Positions 30,439 to 40,300 of a DNA stretch of 64,000 nt are shown here, piece after piece. The notes under the pieces are model-generated. The model was not told the origin of the DNA, did no database searches, and was given only the letters and a program-made list of their open reading frames with translations. Numbering within the stretch: the stretch's first letter is position 1; each line of letters opens with the position of its first letter. Made by a program: the position numbers and the translations under genes. Source of the DNA: Promethearchaeota archaeon (lineage in GTDB: Archaea > Asgardarchaeota > Lokiarchaeia > Sigyniarchaeales > SOKP01); the NCBI GenBank assembly GCA_019058445.1, contig JAHPZA010000006.1, positions 416,001 to 480,000 of the forward strand. Direction: 5' to 3'.

Positions 30439-32361
30439 TTATTTAAAAAATCTTCTGTCTCTTGCAATATGTTTGAAAATCCACATTACTAAATTCTTCT
30501 TTTGATCGGGGGTCCAACCGCTCCACGTTTCTAAAGTATTATATCCATGATCAACCATTAAATCAGGAAATGGTCCAAGATTAACTTCATTCCAAACGAT
30601 GTTTGCTGTAATAATTGTTCTCCCGTTAGGATCCTCATTGTTAGGAATTTTAATGGTCATAGGGATCTCTTCAAATCTATTTGGGTCGATTTTATACTTT
30701 GAGTCTTTCAAGTCAGCATCCCAATTATCAGGGAGATTTAACTTAATTTGTACCGATGAAGTTGTATTGAGGTAGTTCCGTATTACTAAATTGGTTTTAA
30801 ATTCCCTTCCGGGTTCTGATATCACTCGAATCGGCTTAAAACTTATCCAATTAGGGTCAAAACCCATGTTTGGGTCATCTTGAGCAACTATCTCAGCTAC
30901 AATCGACTCATATTCCGATACATATTTCTTATATTCTTCTAAAAGCTCTCGATTTACTTTAATGATTCCATAATGGCTAATCGCTAAATATTCCGGATTG
31001 CATTTTAATAAAATATCAGCACATTTCATGTGTCCTACATTTTCACCCAATCGACAATAGTTTATACAATTCATATTATTAAATCTATTTTCCCAGAGTA
31101 ACTGCGCAATACTGTCTCCTGTCCAAAAAACACTCTTTCCGTCAACCTTACCAAACATTCCCATATGATATTCAGTTTGACCCGGAAAATGAAAAATCTG
31201 AAATTCATACTCATCCCACTTTAAAACTTCCCCTTCTTTTAACACTCGGTCCACCTTGATTGGAGTCTCTGTAAGGCATCCAATTCTATAATGGGTTGGG
31301 TTTTCTAATACGTCTACAATGTTTTCAAAAGCGTATATTTTTATGCCTCGTTTTTGCAATAGATCAAAGCCCGCAGTGTGATCATCATGATAATGTGTAG
31401 GAATTACAAAATCAATGTGTTTAATACCATTTTCCTCTAAAAGTTTATTTAATTGAGCTTCTGTATATCCAAAAAAACTACATCCCGCAAAATCAATAAG
31501 AATACAATTCTCATGGCTTCCCTTAAGAATATAGGGAGGGCTAAATCCTTTATGTAGAATACTGGGAAAATATTCTTCAAGATCTACCATTGGAATTCCT
31601 ATTTGCTCATGTTCTTCAGTGAAAATATATTCAATGCTGGCATTTCTCGTGGCAAAAATATTCCTTGCACGTTCAAATCTGGCGGTTAAAGCTTTAATTT
31701 CACTTCTAGGGTCCTTAACTAGATCTCCATGAGAGGGTAAAAGCATATCAGGTTGATTATCCAAAAGTTTTTTAAACGATTCAAAAGACCGGACAATACC
31801 ATTTTCTCCATTATCATTATAAATATATTCTAAATCATAATAAGTTATTACCTTCCCTCCTGAATGAATCAAATCCCCAGTAAACGCCAACTTTTTACCT
31901 TCAATCTCTAATAAATAAGAAATACTGCCCGTCGTATGCCCGGCTGTTTCGAGTATCTTCAATTTGTAAGGTCCAAATTCAAAAATATCGCCTTCCTTAA
32001 ATGTTTGCTCTAAAGGGATGTTATACGTTGATGTGAAAAATGTTGGCTTGAAAAAGTATATGTCGTAATATGATTTTTTTTTCCAGAAATCCTCTGCTAC
32101 TGAAAATAACTTTTTTTCTACATCAGGAGCAGTAATTTTTATATTGTATTCTAATGCTTTTTTATCGCCATAACATTGATCTCTATGGTAATGGGTATGA
32201 AGGATATATTCCACGTTGTCGACGCCTATTTCTGATAAATGATTGAGTACATCTCCAGAGCCAAAATCTATAAGAATCGCACTTTCTCCACTTTTAATAG
32301 CATATACATTGACATAATCAGCAAATTTGTACACATCTTTAAAAATTTCAGTAAAAGACAT
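30439..32361 (-). CDS. Tandem metallo-beta-lactamase-fold hydrolase with C-terminal Ig-like domain
   Basis: THYHRDQ and THYHDDH motifs in two MBL domains. Confidence 0.8.
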   Translation of the reverse strand: MSFTEIFKDVYKFADYVNVYAIKSGESAILIDFGSGDVLNHLSEIGVDNVEYILHTHYHRDQCYGDKKALEYNIKITAPDVEKKLFSVAEDFWKKKSYYDIYFFKPTFFTSTYNIPLEQTFKEGDIFEFGPYKLKILETAGHTTGSISYLLEIEGKKLAFTGDLIHSGGKVITYYDLEYIYNDNGENGIVRSFESFKKLLDNQPDMLLPSHGDLVKDPRSEIKALTARFERARNIFATRNASIEYIFTEEHEQIGIPMVDLEEYFPSILHKGFSPPYILKGSHENCILIDFAGCSFFGYTEAQLNKLLEENGIKHIDFVIPTHYHDDHTAGFDLLQKRGIKIYAFENIVDVLENPTHYRIGCLTETPIKVDRVLKEGEVLKWDEYEFQIFHFPGQTEYHMGMFGKVDGKSVFWTGDSIAQLLWENRFNNMNCINYCRLGENVGHMKCADILLKCNPEYLAISHYGIIKVNRELLEEYKKYVSEYESIVAEIVAQDDPNMGFDPNWISFKPIRVISEPGREFKTNLVIRNYLNTTSSVQIKLNLPDNWDADLKDSKYKIDPNRFEEIPMTIKIPNNEDPNGRTIITANIVWNEVNLGPFPDLMVDHGYNTLETWSGWTPDQKKNLVMWIFKHIARDRRFFK

Positions 32362-32798
32362 TTTATCACGTTAATTTCTTAAATTACTCTACTTTTTTCC
32401 TAAAAAAAATTAAATTGATAATGATAAATTAGTTAGATTGTAAAATAAAACTTTTTAATTATCCATCAACAACCTCAAAATCTTTAGTAATTCTCAATTT
32501 TATTGCACTTAAATAAAATTAAAACAAAAAATCCTATAATCACTTTTTAATGTACTGAATTTTCTGGGTATACAGAAATATAAAAAGGCAATATTACTTA
32601 TTCTAGTTTATTAGATATTCATATTAATTTTCTTTGGGTTAATCACAGATGTTCCAGATAAAACAGCAATTCTTCTCCTAAATATTTAATATCAGTGTCA
32701 AATTTTGTAAACCTTACTATTATTTGCTTGAATCTTCTCAAAGAATTTTTAAGCTAAATTAAAAAAAATAATTAAAATTTATAAAGTAAAATCTCTTC

Positions 32799-33161
32799 TT
32801 ATTGGGCTAACCAGGCTAGTGCTTCTTCTCTTGAATTAAATCCTTTAATTTGGCTTTTTCTAAATTTATTTACCAAATTAAGAAGAATTGTTTTAGCTTT
32901 ATTTAATCCCACAACTGCAGTTTTTAGATCATATTCATGAGTTTTTGCATCCAAATCTTTAAAAGCGTGATATGTACTCGAAGTTAAGTAAGTGTTGGTT
33001 AAATCCGTCAACGAGAGCACGCTATTGGGTTCTTTGTTTTCATAATATTTATAACCTCCTGCAATCAATTCTTTGATTTGATCATTATTTAGTCCACTAC
33101 AGTCCATTATTAGAATTTGTTTTCCCCTTTCAGTTTTCCAATAAATTCTATCCCCAGTCAT
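32799..33161 (-). CDS. STAS/SpoIIAA-like small protein
   Basis: TAVVG...FNSREEALAWL C-terminal pattern. Confidence 0.6.
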   Translation of the reverse strand: MTGDRIYWKTERGKQILIMDCSGLNNDQIKELIAGGYKYYENKEPNSVLSLTDLTNTYLTSSTYHAFKDLDAKTHEYDLKTAVVGLNKAKTILLNLVNKFRKSQIKGFNSREEALAWLAQ

Positions 33162-33450
33162 ACTTTAATTATCAAAGATATCTTATATAAATTTAATGAA
33201 AAGAATAAACCAAGGAAAGCTCTATATATTCTCTTCAGCTAATTAATCGCTATAATATAGCTTTGGAATTTTGGAAAAATAACATGATTTATATTTAACA
33301 TTTATGTCTATAAAATACATTTTCATACTTTTATCTAATTTTTTCATACCGGATTTGTGAGGAAATTTATTACCGATAGTTTATTTAAATATAGATATTT
33401 AACCAATTCATCATATTTATTCGGAATTTTTTCATACTATTGTTTATTAC

Positions 33451-33465
33451 CGAGAAATTTAAATA
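33451..33465 (+). promoter_or_regulatory. BRE-TATA promoter for the Cys-rich peptide gene
   Basis: CGAGAAA followed by TTTAAATA about 45 nt upstream of ATG 33510. Confidence 0.55.
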
Positions 33466-33509
33466 TAGGTAGGGGATAATATTCATAACTAATCAAAAAA
33501 TTGATTATT

Positions 33510-33638
33510 ATGAAAATCGAAAAGAAAGAAAAAATTACAAGTGCCGGCTGCAAATGTGGCGGGGACTGCATCTCAACCAGCTGTAAGTGTGGAGGAGATT
33601 GCATTTCAATAAGCTGCAAATGCGGTGGCGATTGCTAA
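33510..33638 (+). CDS. Cys-rich repeat peptide, putative RiPP precursor (42 aa)
   Basis: MKIEKKEKITSAG-CKCGGDC-ISTS-CKCGGDC-ISIS-CKCGGDC*; the three cores differ only synonymously; lies directly upstream of a radical SAM/SPASM gene. Confidence 0.85.
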   Translation: MKIEKKEKITSAGCKCGGDCISTSCKCGGDCISISCKCGGDC

Positions 33639-33651
33639 ACCTCTAAAAATC

Positions 33652-33668
33652 TTTCATTTTTTTTTTTT
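33652..33668 (+). terminator. Oligo-T terminator after the peptide gene
   Basis: Run of about 12 T just downstream of the stop. Confidence 0.5.
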
Positions 33669-33725
33669 AAAACTTTATCATTTATAATATCACAATTTTA
33701 ATAAATTCAAACCTTATTTTCATCA

Positions 33726-34985
33726 ATGAATCTCAAAGATATTCCATCCATACCCCATTATATTGTTTTAAGAAGATATGAAGAAATTAATATCTTTGAT
33801 TTGAAAAATGACGAGTCTTTTGTTATCGATGATGAGGCTTATTCAGTCTTAAAGCTTATAAATGGGATTGTTTCTGTTGAAAATCTTCTTGGCAATTATC
33901 CAGAAAAAAAGAGACAAGAAGTTAGAGAAGCGTTAAATGATTTTCATGAATTAAATATTGTCAAGTTAAATTCTAATAGTATGCCAGAAAAATCAACAGG
34001 AATAATAGATCCTATTAAATTACCTGAAAAGAATATTTTTAATCCCCCGTACTTAAAGAATCTAATGATTAACATCACTGAAAAATGTAATTTAACTTGT
34101 AAACACTGCTATATTACTAATAAAAATCCTACAGATTTTCCTTTTGATAAATTAAAAGAAATAATAAAAGAATTTTATGAACTCCAAGGAATTAAATTAG
34201 TATTAACGGGAGGAGAACCATTATTATATTCCAGTTTGATAGAATTATTACGATATCTTAAGGATATACCCCTAATAAAAGTACTACTATCAAACGGAGT
34301 TTTAATAAAAGATAATCCTGAACTTATTGACCTATTAAGGGATAATTACTTTGAAGTTTTTGTAAGTATCGATGGATTAAAAGGGACTCATAATGATTTT
34401 AGAGATGCCAATTGCTTTCAAGATTCAATAGATGGAATAAAGACCTTGTTAAAAGAAGGGATAACAGTGTCAGTCAATACAATGGTTCATAAACAAAACC
34501 TTAATGAGTTTGATGAGATGTATAATTTATTTAAATCATTAGAACACATCAAAAATTGGTCAATAGACGTTCCCACCTTCGATATAACAACCCCTAAATC
34601 GATTCGAGATAAATATGAAATAACGGCAGAACAAGGGGGTGCAATTTTGAGAGATTATGGATGGGGTGAATATCATAGTTCAGAAAGTTATGATTTTGCC
34701 TGTGGACCTAATATTATGGCTATTGATGTGCTTGGTGTTGTTACCAAATGTGGTTTCTTCTATAATGAGAATATAGGGAATGTGTTTGAACTGGGCCTTA
34801 AAAAGAGCTGGGAGTTAATTCAGAAGAATTTGAATTGGAGGATCCCGGAATTAGAATGTAACAAACTGGATTGTGAATATCTTGAAGCATGTCGTGGAGG
34901 TTGTAGATATCGAGCATATCAAGCAACAGGAAATATGTGTGGAATAGATTCATTTAAATGTGCGCAATTTGGAAGATTAAATTAA
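33726..34985 (+). CDS. Radical SAM/SPASM peptide maturase with N-terminal PqqD/RRE-like domain
   Basis: CNLTCKHC, LTGGEP, SIDG; SPASM Cys set (CGPN..KCG..CNKLDCEYLEACRGGCR..C); ~85-aa N-terminal RRE-like region. Confidence 0.9.
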   Translation: MNLKDIPSIPHYIVLRRYEEINIFDLKNDESFVIDDEAYSVLKLINGIVSVENLLGNYPEKKRQEVREALNDFHELNIVKLNSNSMPEKSTGIIDPIKLPEKNIFNPPYLKNLMINITEKCNLTCKHCYITNKNPTDFPFDKLKEIIKEFYELQGIKLVLTGGEPLLYSSLIELLRYLKDIPLIKVLLSNGVLIKDNPELIDLLRDNYFEVFVSIDGLKGTHNDFRDANCFQDSIDGIKTLLKEGITVSVNTMVHKQNLNEFDEMYNLFKSLEHIKNWSIDVPTFDITTPKSIRDKYEITAEQGGAILRDYGWGEYHSSESYDFACGPNIMAIDVLGVVTKCGFFYNENIGNVFELGLKKSWELIQKNLNWRIPELECNKLDCEYLEACRGGCRYRAYQATGNMCGIDSFKCAQFGRLN

Positions 34986-35049
34986 TGAAATTAAAAAAGA
35001 AAATTAATTTTAAAATAATTAAACAAAATAGAAATAAAATTCTTAATAG

Positions 35050-35304
35050 GTGTATATTATGGCTAAAAAACATGAAATTTTAAGAACGGAAGCAGATATT
35101 AGCCCTCTTAACCGTCAGTTAATCAACCATGTATGTCATAAATGTAATTTTTATCATGAAGAACAAGAATATTGGGAAAGAGAGTATGAATGCGCTGCTT
35201 ATAAATTTATTCGTCAGTTAGTTGAAGAAAAAAAAATTACAATTGACCAAATCGATGATATTTTTACCAAGGTTGATTTAAATCCCGAAAGAGACTTAAG
35301 ATAG
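35050..35304 (+). CDS. Small Cys/His protein, possibly metal-binding
   Basis: HVCHKCNFY...ECAAY; co-oriented downstream of the rSAM gene. Confidence 0.55.
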   Translation: MYIMAKKHEILRTEADISPLNRQLINHVCHKCNFYHEEQEYWEREYECAAYKFIRQLVEEKKITIDQIDDIFTKVDLNPERDLR

Positions 35305-35362
35305 CCTCTAAATCTTTTAAATAGAAATTAAAAAAAAAAAATAAATGATTTTTTTCTCCCAG

Positions 35363-35794
35363 TTATTGTAAATTCTGCACGAGTTCCTCAAATTTTTTAA
35401 TGGCGCCATCATTCTCTCTTTCGACACATCCAATATCCCCGATGTGTTCCAACTGTGGAAATCTTTTTTGAATTCCACTACATGCCTTTTTCCACATATC
35501 AGGCCCTCCTGATGTCCCAAAGCAAATTAATTTCTTATTTTGAATATTTTGCTTTTTAATAACTTTTAAAAGACTTTTTAATGTACGTGCGGGTGCCATC
35601 GCATGAGTACATGATCCAAAGACGAGTAAATCATATGGATCAAAAAAACTGTCATTGCTCTGGATTTGAGATTTAATATCTTTGTCTCGATACATGTCCA
35701 CTTCATGGCCATTTTTCTGAAGAACTTCCCCCATTTTATTGGCTAATTGTTCAGTATTTCCTGACTTAGTATTATAAATTATAATTGATTTCAT
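35363..35794 (-). CDS. Flavodoxin-like protein
   Basis: IYNTKSGNTEQLA FMN loop, FGSCT, FGTSGG. Confidence 0.85.
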   Translation of the reverse strand: MKSIIIYNTKSGNTEQLANKMGEVLQKNGHEVDMYRDKDIKSQIQSNDSFFDPYDLLVFGSCTHAMAPARTLKSLLKVIKKQNIQNKKLICFGTSGGPDMWKKACSGIQKRFPQLEHIGDIGCVERENDGAIKKFEELVQNLQ

Positions 35795-35899
35795 AATATC
35801 TAACTTATACTCTTTTCTATTAAGATTTTACTATATATATTTTATATTTTATCACATTAATATTCTAAATAGATGAGTTAAATATGAAATAGAATAATT

Positions 35900-36889
35900 A
35901 TGTTAACCTTATTTATTTGGATTGGATTATTTAGCATTGGATATCTAATTATATTTTTCTCTGCCGATATTTTTCTTGATAATTTAAAAGATTTATGCAT
36001 TATGTATAACATATCTCCTTTTATTATCGGATTATTAGTTCTTGGAATTGATCCAGAAGAGTCTATCGCATCCATTGTAGCAGCTATGAACGGACTTCAT
36101 TATGTCGCAATCGGAAATGTCATAGGTAATTCAATAATAGCATTGTCTTTATGCTTTGCGATGCCTGCTTTTTTCTATAAAATTGAAATTGAATCGGTAC
36201 CTCAATTTTACTTTATTATAATATATACAAGCATGATTCTCATTCTTATTGGGTTCTTAATCTATTTAGGATTATTTATATTCGGGATTTTGGCTCTCAT
36301 CCTTTATTTTTTCTATGTTTATAGGAATTTAAGACATTTCTCTAAAGAGGGGGATATTGATTTTATAACAGTGAAAGAGAATGAAAGAAAAATAAAATTT
36401 AAGCAATTAGATATCAAGAAATCCTCAAAACTGAAAAAAATTGTATTAGTTATAAGTAGTTTTATCTTTATCTTCATCGGGGGAGAACTTCTTATTATAG
36501 CAACAGAAAAACTTATCCTTATTACTCAAATACCCGAAGCCCTTTTTGGTTTTGTTATCATTGCTTTTGTTACTAACGTGGAAGAATTAACTTTGGTTTT
36601 TAAATCGATTAAAAAACAGACTGTAGAGATTGGATTTGGAGGTATGATTGGAAAATTAATCTGGAATCTAACTATAACTTTCGGAATTAGTGGTATGCTC
36701 GTAATGAATATAGAATTTACGTGGATCTTGATTTGGAACTGGCTTATCCTCTTTGGTTTAATACTCTATTTTAATATCATCTCTAAAAAGAAATTTATTG
36801 GGAAGAAAGATGGAATCATTTTAATGTCTTTTTTTATCCTATTTATAATAATAAATCTCTTGATATTTGGATTAACATTTAAAAATTGA
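35900..36889 (+). CDS. Na+/Ca2+ (CaCA) antiporter family protein
   Basis: Alpha-repeat-like motifs GIDPEES..IGNVIGN and VTNVEEL; about 10 TM. Confidence 0.8.
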   Translation: MLTLFIWIGLFSIGYLIIFFSADIFLDNLKDLCIMYNISPFIIGLLVLGIDPEESIASIVAAMNGLHYVAIGNVIGNSIIALSLCFAMPAFFYKIEIESVPQFYFIIIYTSMILILIGFLIYLGLFIFGILALILYFFYVYRNLRHFSKEGDIDFITVKENERKIKFKQLDIKKSSKLKKIVLVISSFIFIFIGGELLIIATEKLILITQIPEALFGFVIIAFVTNVEELTLVFKSIKKQTVEIGFGGMIGKLIWNLTITFGISGMLVMNIEFTWILIWNWLILFGLILYFNIISKKKFIGKKDGIILMSFFILFIIINLLIFGLTFKN

Positions 36890-36906
36890 GTTAAATGTTT
36901 TCACTT

Positions 36907-37443
36907 TTAATAGTAATCTGTCCGAATTTCTTCAAATTCCATTGACTTGATAAAATTATATGCTACAGGATTATTAACATATACCTCGCATCTAATTTCT
37001 TTAATCCCTCTGGGCTTAAAATAATCCCAAGCTGCTATACATAAACTTGTACCAATTCCTTTACGTCGAAACTTAGGGGATACCGCCCAATCCGTAATGG
37101 TCACATACTCACTATTTGGACCCTCAAATTCTAAGATGATTAACCCCGCAATACTATCTTTCATTTCAGCTACTAAAATTACTGATTCCGGATCTTCGTC
37201 CATATCTCTTACTATATCAATATTAATCGGTAAAATTTTCGCGTGTAAATTCTTATAAGCTTTGTTATATATAGGTACAATACTTTCATAATCATCTTCT
37301 TTAACTTCTCTAATAATCGGGAGTTCACTATACGGTTTAATTCTATCTCTAAATTTTTTCTCGAATTCTGAAGTGATCTTTTCAATCGGAAGTTTTAATA
37401 CAACGTTTGCAAAAAAACCTTTTTTTTTCTTCAGAATTCTCAA
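36907..37443 (-). CDS. GNAT acetyltransferase
   Basis: VSPKFRRKGIG motif A; NNPVAYNF. Confidence 0.85.
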   Translation of the reverse strand: MRILKKKKGFFANVVLKLPIEKITSEFEKKFRDRIKPYSELPIIREVKEDDYESIVPIYNKAYKNLHAKILPINIDIVRDMDEDPESVILVAEMKDSIAGLIILEFEGPNSEYVTITDWAVSPKFRRKGIGTSLCIAAWDYFKPRGIKEIRCEVYVNNPVAYNFIKSMEFEEIRTDYY

Positions 37444-37653
37444 CCTCTCTATTAAGTATGTTTGAAAGTAAGGATAGCAAATGGATTAATAGATTATTTA
37501 ATAGAATTATTAATTGCATATATCCATCTCATTATTAATAAATATATTAATTACGATGGCTGTTTGAATAAAAAAGAGTTTTTAAGCCATAAAAACCAAC
37601 CTTGTAATGTATCGTGAAAATTGAGGATAAAAATTATTAGTTCTTAAACCTCA

Positions 37654-38436
37654 TTATTTTTCTTCAACAGCCATTACAATGAATCCAATCAAAATGGGAG
37701 TCAAAGAAAGTAAAAAGATGAAATACCAAATAAAATAAATATAGACCAAATCTGAGAAATGCCAGGGAGCCCATCCATGATATGAAATCATTACTCCAAA
37801 AAAACCTAATGCTACAAATTTAGGTCCATTTTGTTTTGTTTTATATCCGTAATATGCAAAAATATAAAACATCGTAAAGCACACAGGAATCCAAATAGTA
37901 TGAAGGAATAAATACATTGTAAATTCAATAGGATTTTTGGAAGGAATAATAAATAGTCCCAGAATCAACCATGTAAATCCCATAATTAAAGTTATAATAC
38001 TCGGAATTTGTTGAAGGGTTTTATTTTCTGTTAAAATTTTTAATAAGCCATATAATATCCCCGCAGCCCATACAATCATCCCCCATCTATATATAAAAAA
38101 ATGAAAGACAGAGAGATTCTCATTCGCTATACTATAGCCTAAAGCTCTGAATAGGTGTGCTAAAAATGTTATGCTATATATAAAAAAGGAAATACTCCAA
38201 ATAATCAATGATGGGTTTTTTTTTCCCGTTTTAAACCATCTATATAATAAAAATCCCGCAATCGACCATAAGAGGATAATTGTGTTCAAAGCGAGACCAA
38301 ATAAAAAGAAGGTCTTTTCCAAGGCAGGAATCGATACACCACGAGGTAAAAAAATCAAAACATAGGTCGAAATTATCCCAATAATAACTAAACCTAAAAA
38401 ATAAAGTAAATGTATCTTTTCCATAAGTATTACCAA
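37654..38436 (-). CDS. Multi-pass membrane protein
   Basis: About 7-8 hydrophobic segments. Confidence 0.65.
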   Translation of the reverse strand: MVILMEKIHLLYFLGLVIIGIISTYVLIFLPRGVSIPALEKTFFLFGLALNTIILLWSIAGFLLYRWFKTGKKNPSLIIWSISFFIYSITFLAHLFRALGYSIANENLSVFHFFIYRWGMIVWAAGILYGLLKILTENKTLQQIPSIITLIMGFTWLILGLFIIPSKNPIEFTMYLFLHTIWIPVCFTMFYIFAYYGYKTKQNGPKFVALGFFGVMISYHGWAPWHFSDLVYIYFIWYFIFLLSLTPILIGFIVMAVEEK

Positions 38437-38942
38437 CTTAGTTTCTTGAATTTCTTAACTATTTCTCCCTCTTTAAGATCCGGTGATAATTTCCGAGTTT
38501 TTAAATCTTCAAAACATTTTAATAGTATTTGCTTTAATTCTGCTTTTTTTGCTTGAATTTCAGTATGATTAAGATCGATATCAGTATTTTGGTAAAAAAC
38601 TTTATAGACATTAGGGGTTCTTTTTATTTTAAGTGCGTATTCCATTAGAATATCCTGGAATGTCCGCGTATTATAATTTTCATCTGTAATTACTGAGAGC
38701 ATGACCATCTCAACTTTACCACGCCCCCAGACTGAAGGAATTTCAATAAATAAATTTGTGATTTTAATATTTTCTTTTCTAATTGTAATCTCAAAGAAGT
38801 GCTCCTCTATATCTAAATCAAATATCCTCCTAACTTTGCTGCCAATCTTTTCGGGAATGACCTCTGGAAATGAAAACACTATCTCTGGACCAGTCCAGCT
38901 ATTAAAATGTAATAAAAGGAGATCTAATGTATCAATGCTCAT
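38430..38942 (-). CDS. uDENN/longin-like protein, paralog of 52598-53053
   Basis: LLLHFNSWTGPEIVFSFP; FFEI..NLFIEIPSVWGRG shared with the paralog. Confidence 0.55.
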   Translation of the reverse strand: MSIDTLDLLLLHFNSWTGPEIVFSFPEVIPEKIGSKVRRIFDLDIEEHFFEITIRKENIKITNLFIEIPSVWGRGKVEMVMLSVITDENYNTRTFQDILMEYALKIKRTPNVYKVFYQNTDIDLNHTEIQAKKAELKQILLKCFEDLKTRKLSPDLKEGEIVKKFKKLSW

Positions 38943-39000
38943 ATTTATGCTATCTTTTCATTTTCCCTTAAATATCTTAAGAAAGAAGTATTATTTAAAT

Positions 39001-39084
39001 TTATAATAATTCACTATACGGTTTAATTCTATCAATAAATTTCTTCTGGAATTCTAAAGTTATTCTTTCAATTTGTAGTTTCAA
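39001..39084 (-). pseudogene. Truncated duplicate of the 5' region of the GNAT gene
   Basis: LKLQIERITLEFQKKFIDRIKPYSELL* versus LKLPIEKITSEFEKKFRDRIKPYSELP; 24 identical nt (39010-39033 = 37324-37347). Confidence 0.8.
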
Positions 39085-39134
39085 CCGAATACAACTAGAA
39101 GTGAAAAAAATTTCATGAGAAAAAAGCGGTTAGT

Positions 39135-39752
39135 TTAAATAAAGAAGTCCATTAGATCATAAATCTCTATTAATTGCTCGATCGTGAGATTTGCATATCC
39201 TTTCAAATCATCAAACGTTTTATTTTGAAGAGATTTTTGATCTGTCCAAAAAATAGTATAGATTATGCCAAGATATTTACCATAGGCTAATAATCCGTCC
39301 TCAATCGGAATTTGTATTGCTCCAAAGGTATTTTCATCACCATTCTCCAAGAGAAAATCTATTAATGTAAGATAGAATTTTGAACTCATAAACGCTCTAT
39401 CAGTTACATTAGCAACTTTATATTCAAATCCTCTATTAGCCTTACGAGGTACCTTTAAATGATAGAATCTTAATGTTTTTTTAAGTTCATTAATTCTCTC
39501 CATAGCACCTTCAAGCAATTCATCATTAACAGAAGAGAGCTCTCCATGATCATCTATCTTTTGACTACCCCGATGCTTCCCGTGATCATCTATAAACGCA
39601 ATAAAAGGAGGGCATTGTTCATTATCGGGATGTTCTTTTATCAAAACCGTAAAAAGACCTTGCTTTTTCGTATATTCGACATATTTTTTGAAGTTCATTT
39701 GACAGTATGGACAAATTATATTCAATAATGTCTTTTCTTCATTACTAACCAT
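39135..39752 (-). CDS. Hypothetical protein with N-terminal CxxC
   Basis: ICPYC...H...C possible Zn site. Confidence 0.55.
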   Translation of the reverse strand: MVSNEEKTLLNIICPYCQMNFKKYVEYTKKQGLFTVLIKEHPDNEQCPPFIAFIDDHGKHRGSQKIDDHGELSSVNDELLEGAMERINELKKTLRFYHLKVPRKANRGFEYKVANVTDRAFMSSKFYLTLIDFLLENGDENTFGAIQIPIEDGLLAYGKYLGIIYTIFWTDQKSLQNKTFDDLKGYANLTIEQLIEIYDLMDFFI

Positions 39753-39997
39753 ATTATTTCATTTCATTAATCTAATTGAAACTTTTAAACTTTAACAAAA
39801 GATACGATTGTTAGAGGTATTATCCCGTTCAAAAGTGATTGTTCTAAAACAAAACTTTTTTTCATATAAATAACCAAGTATGGACTTTTAAAGTTTAAGA
39901 AAAGAAAAAAAAAAGAATAAAATTCCTGTTTATTTAAGATTTTCGTAATAAATATAAAAGTTTAAGTTTAAAAAAGAAATATAAAAAAAAAATGAAT

Positions 39998-40297
39998 TTA
40001 TTTTTTCTTTAAATAAATAATTGCGTAGAACACCACACACATCAAAATTATGGAAAGAAAAACACCTACTATGCCTGCGACGTAATCACTCTCAATCCAT
40101 CCTAAAATTGGTTCCCAAGGCGAGGGTAAACTTTCTAGCCATTCTTCACCTCTCGCATTGATTAGAACTCTCTCTAATCCATCGGGATCTTCAGATAAAA
40201 TTCCGATCGCAAATCCAACAGCTATCATGACCATTAAAACTACAATAATAATTACAACAGTTAAAATGGGCCATTTATATTTTTCAAACTCTACCAT
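39998..40297 (-). CDS. PDGLE-domain protein (NikN/CbiN-like ECF component)
   Basis: PDGLE motif, 2 TM, directly after cbiM/nikM. Confidence 0.85.
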   Translation of the reverse strand: MVEFEKYKWPILTVVIIIVVLMVMIAVGFAIGILSEDPDGLERVLINARGEEWLESLPSPWEPILGWIESDYVAGIVGVFLSIILMCVVFYAIIYLKKK

Positions 40298-40300
40298 TTC

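Noticed and set aside
33437-33619. 60-aa minus-strand ORF with MQSPPHLQ repeats
   Set aside because: Antisense of the CKCGGDC peptide; the synonymous variation, promoter and gene context favour the plus strand
33549-33635. 33-nt tandem repeats as a mini-CRISPR or VNTR
   Set aside because: No unique spacers or cas genes; variation is codon-patterned
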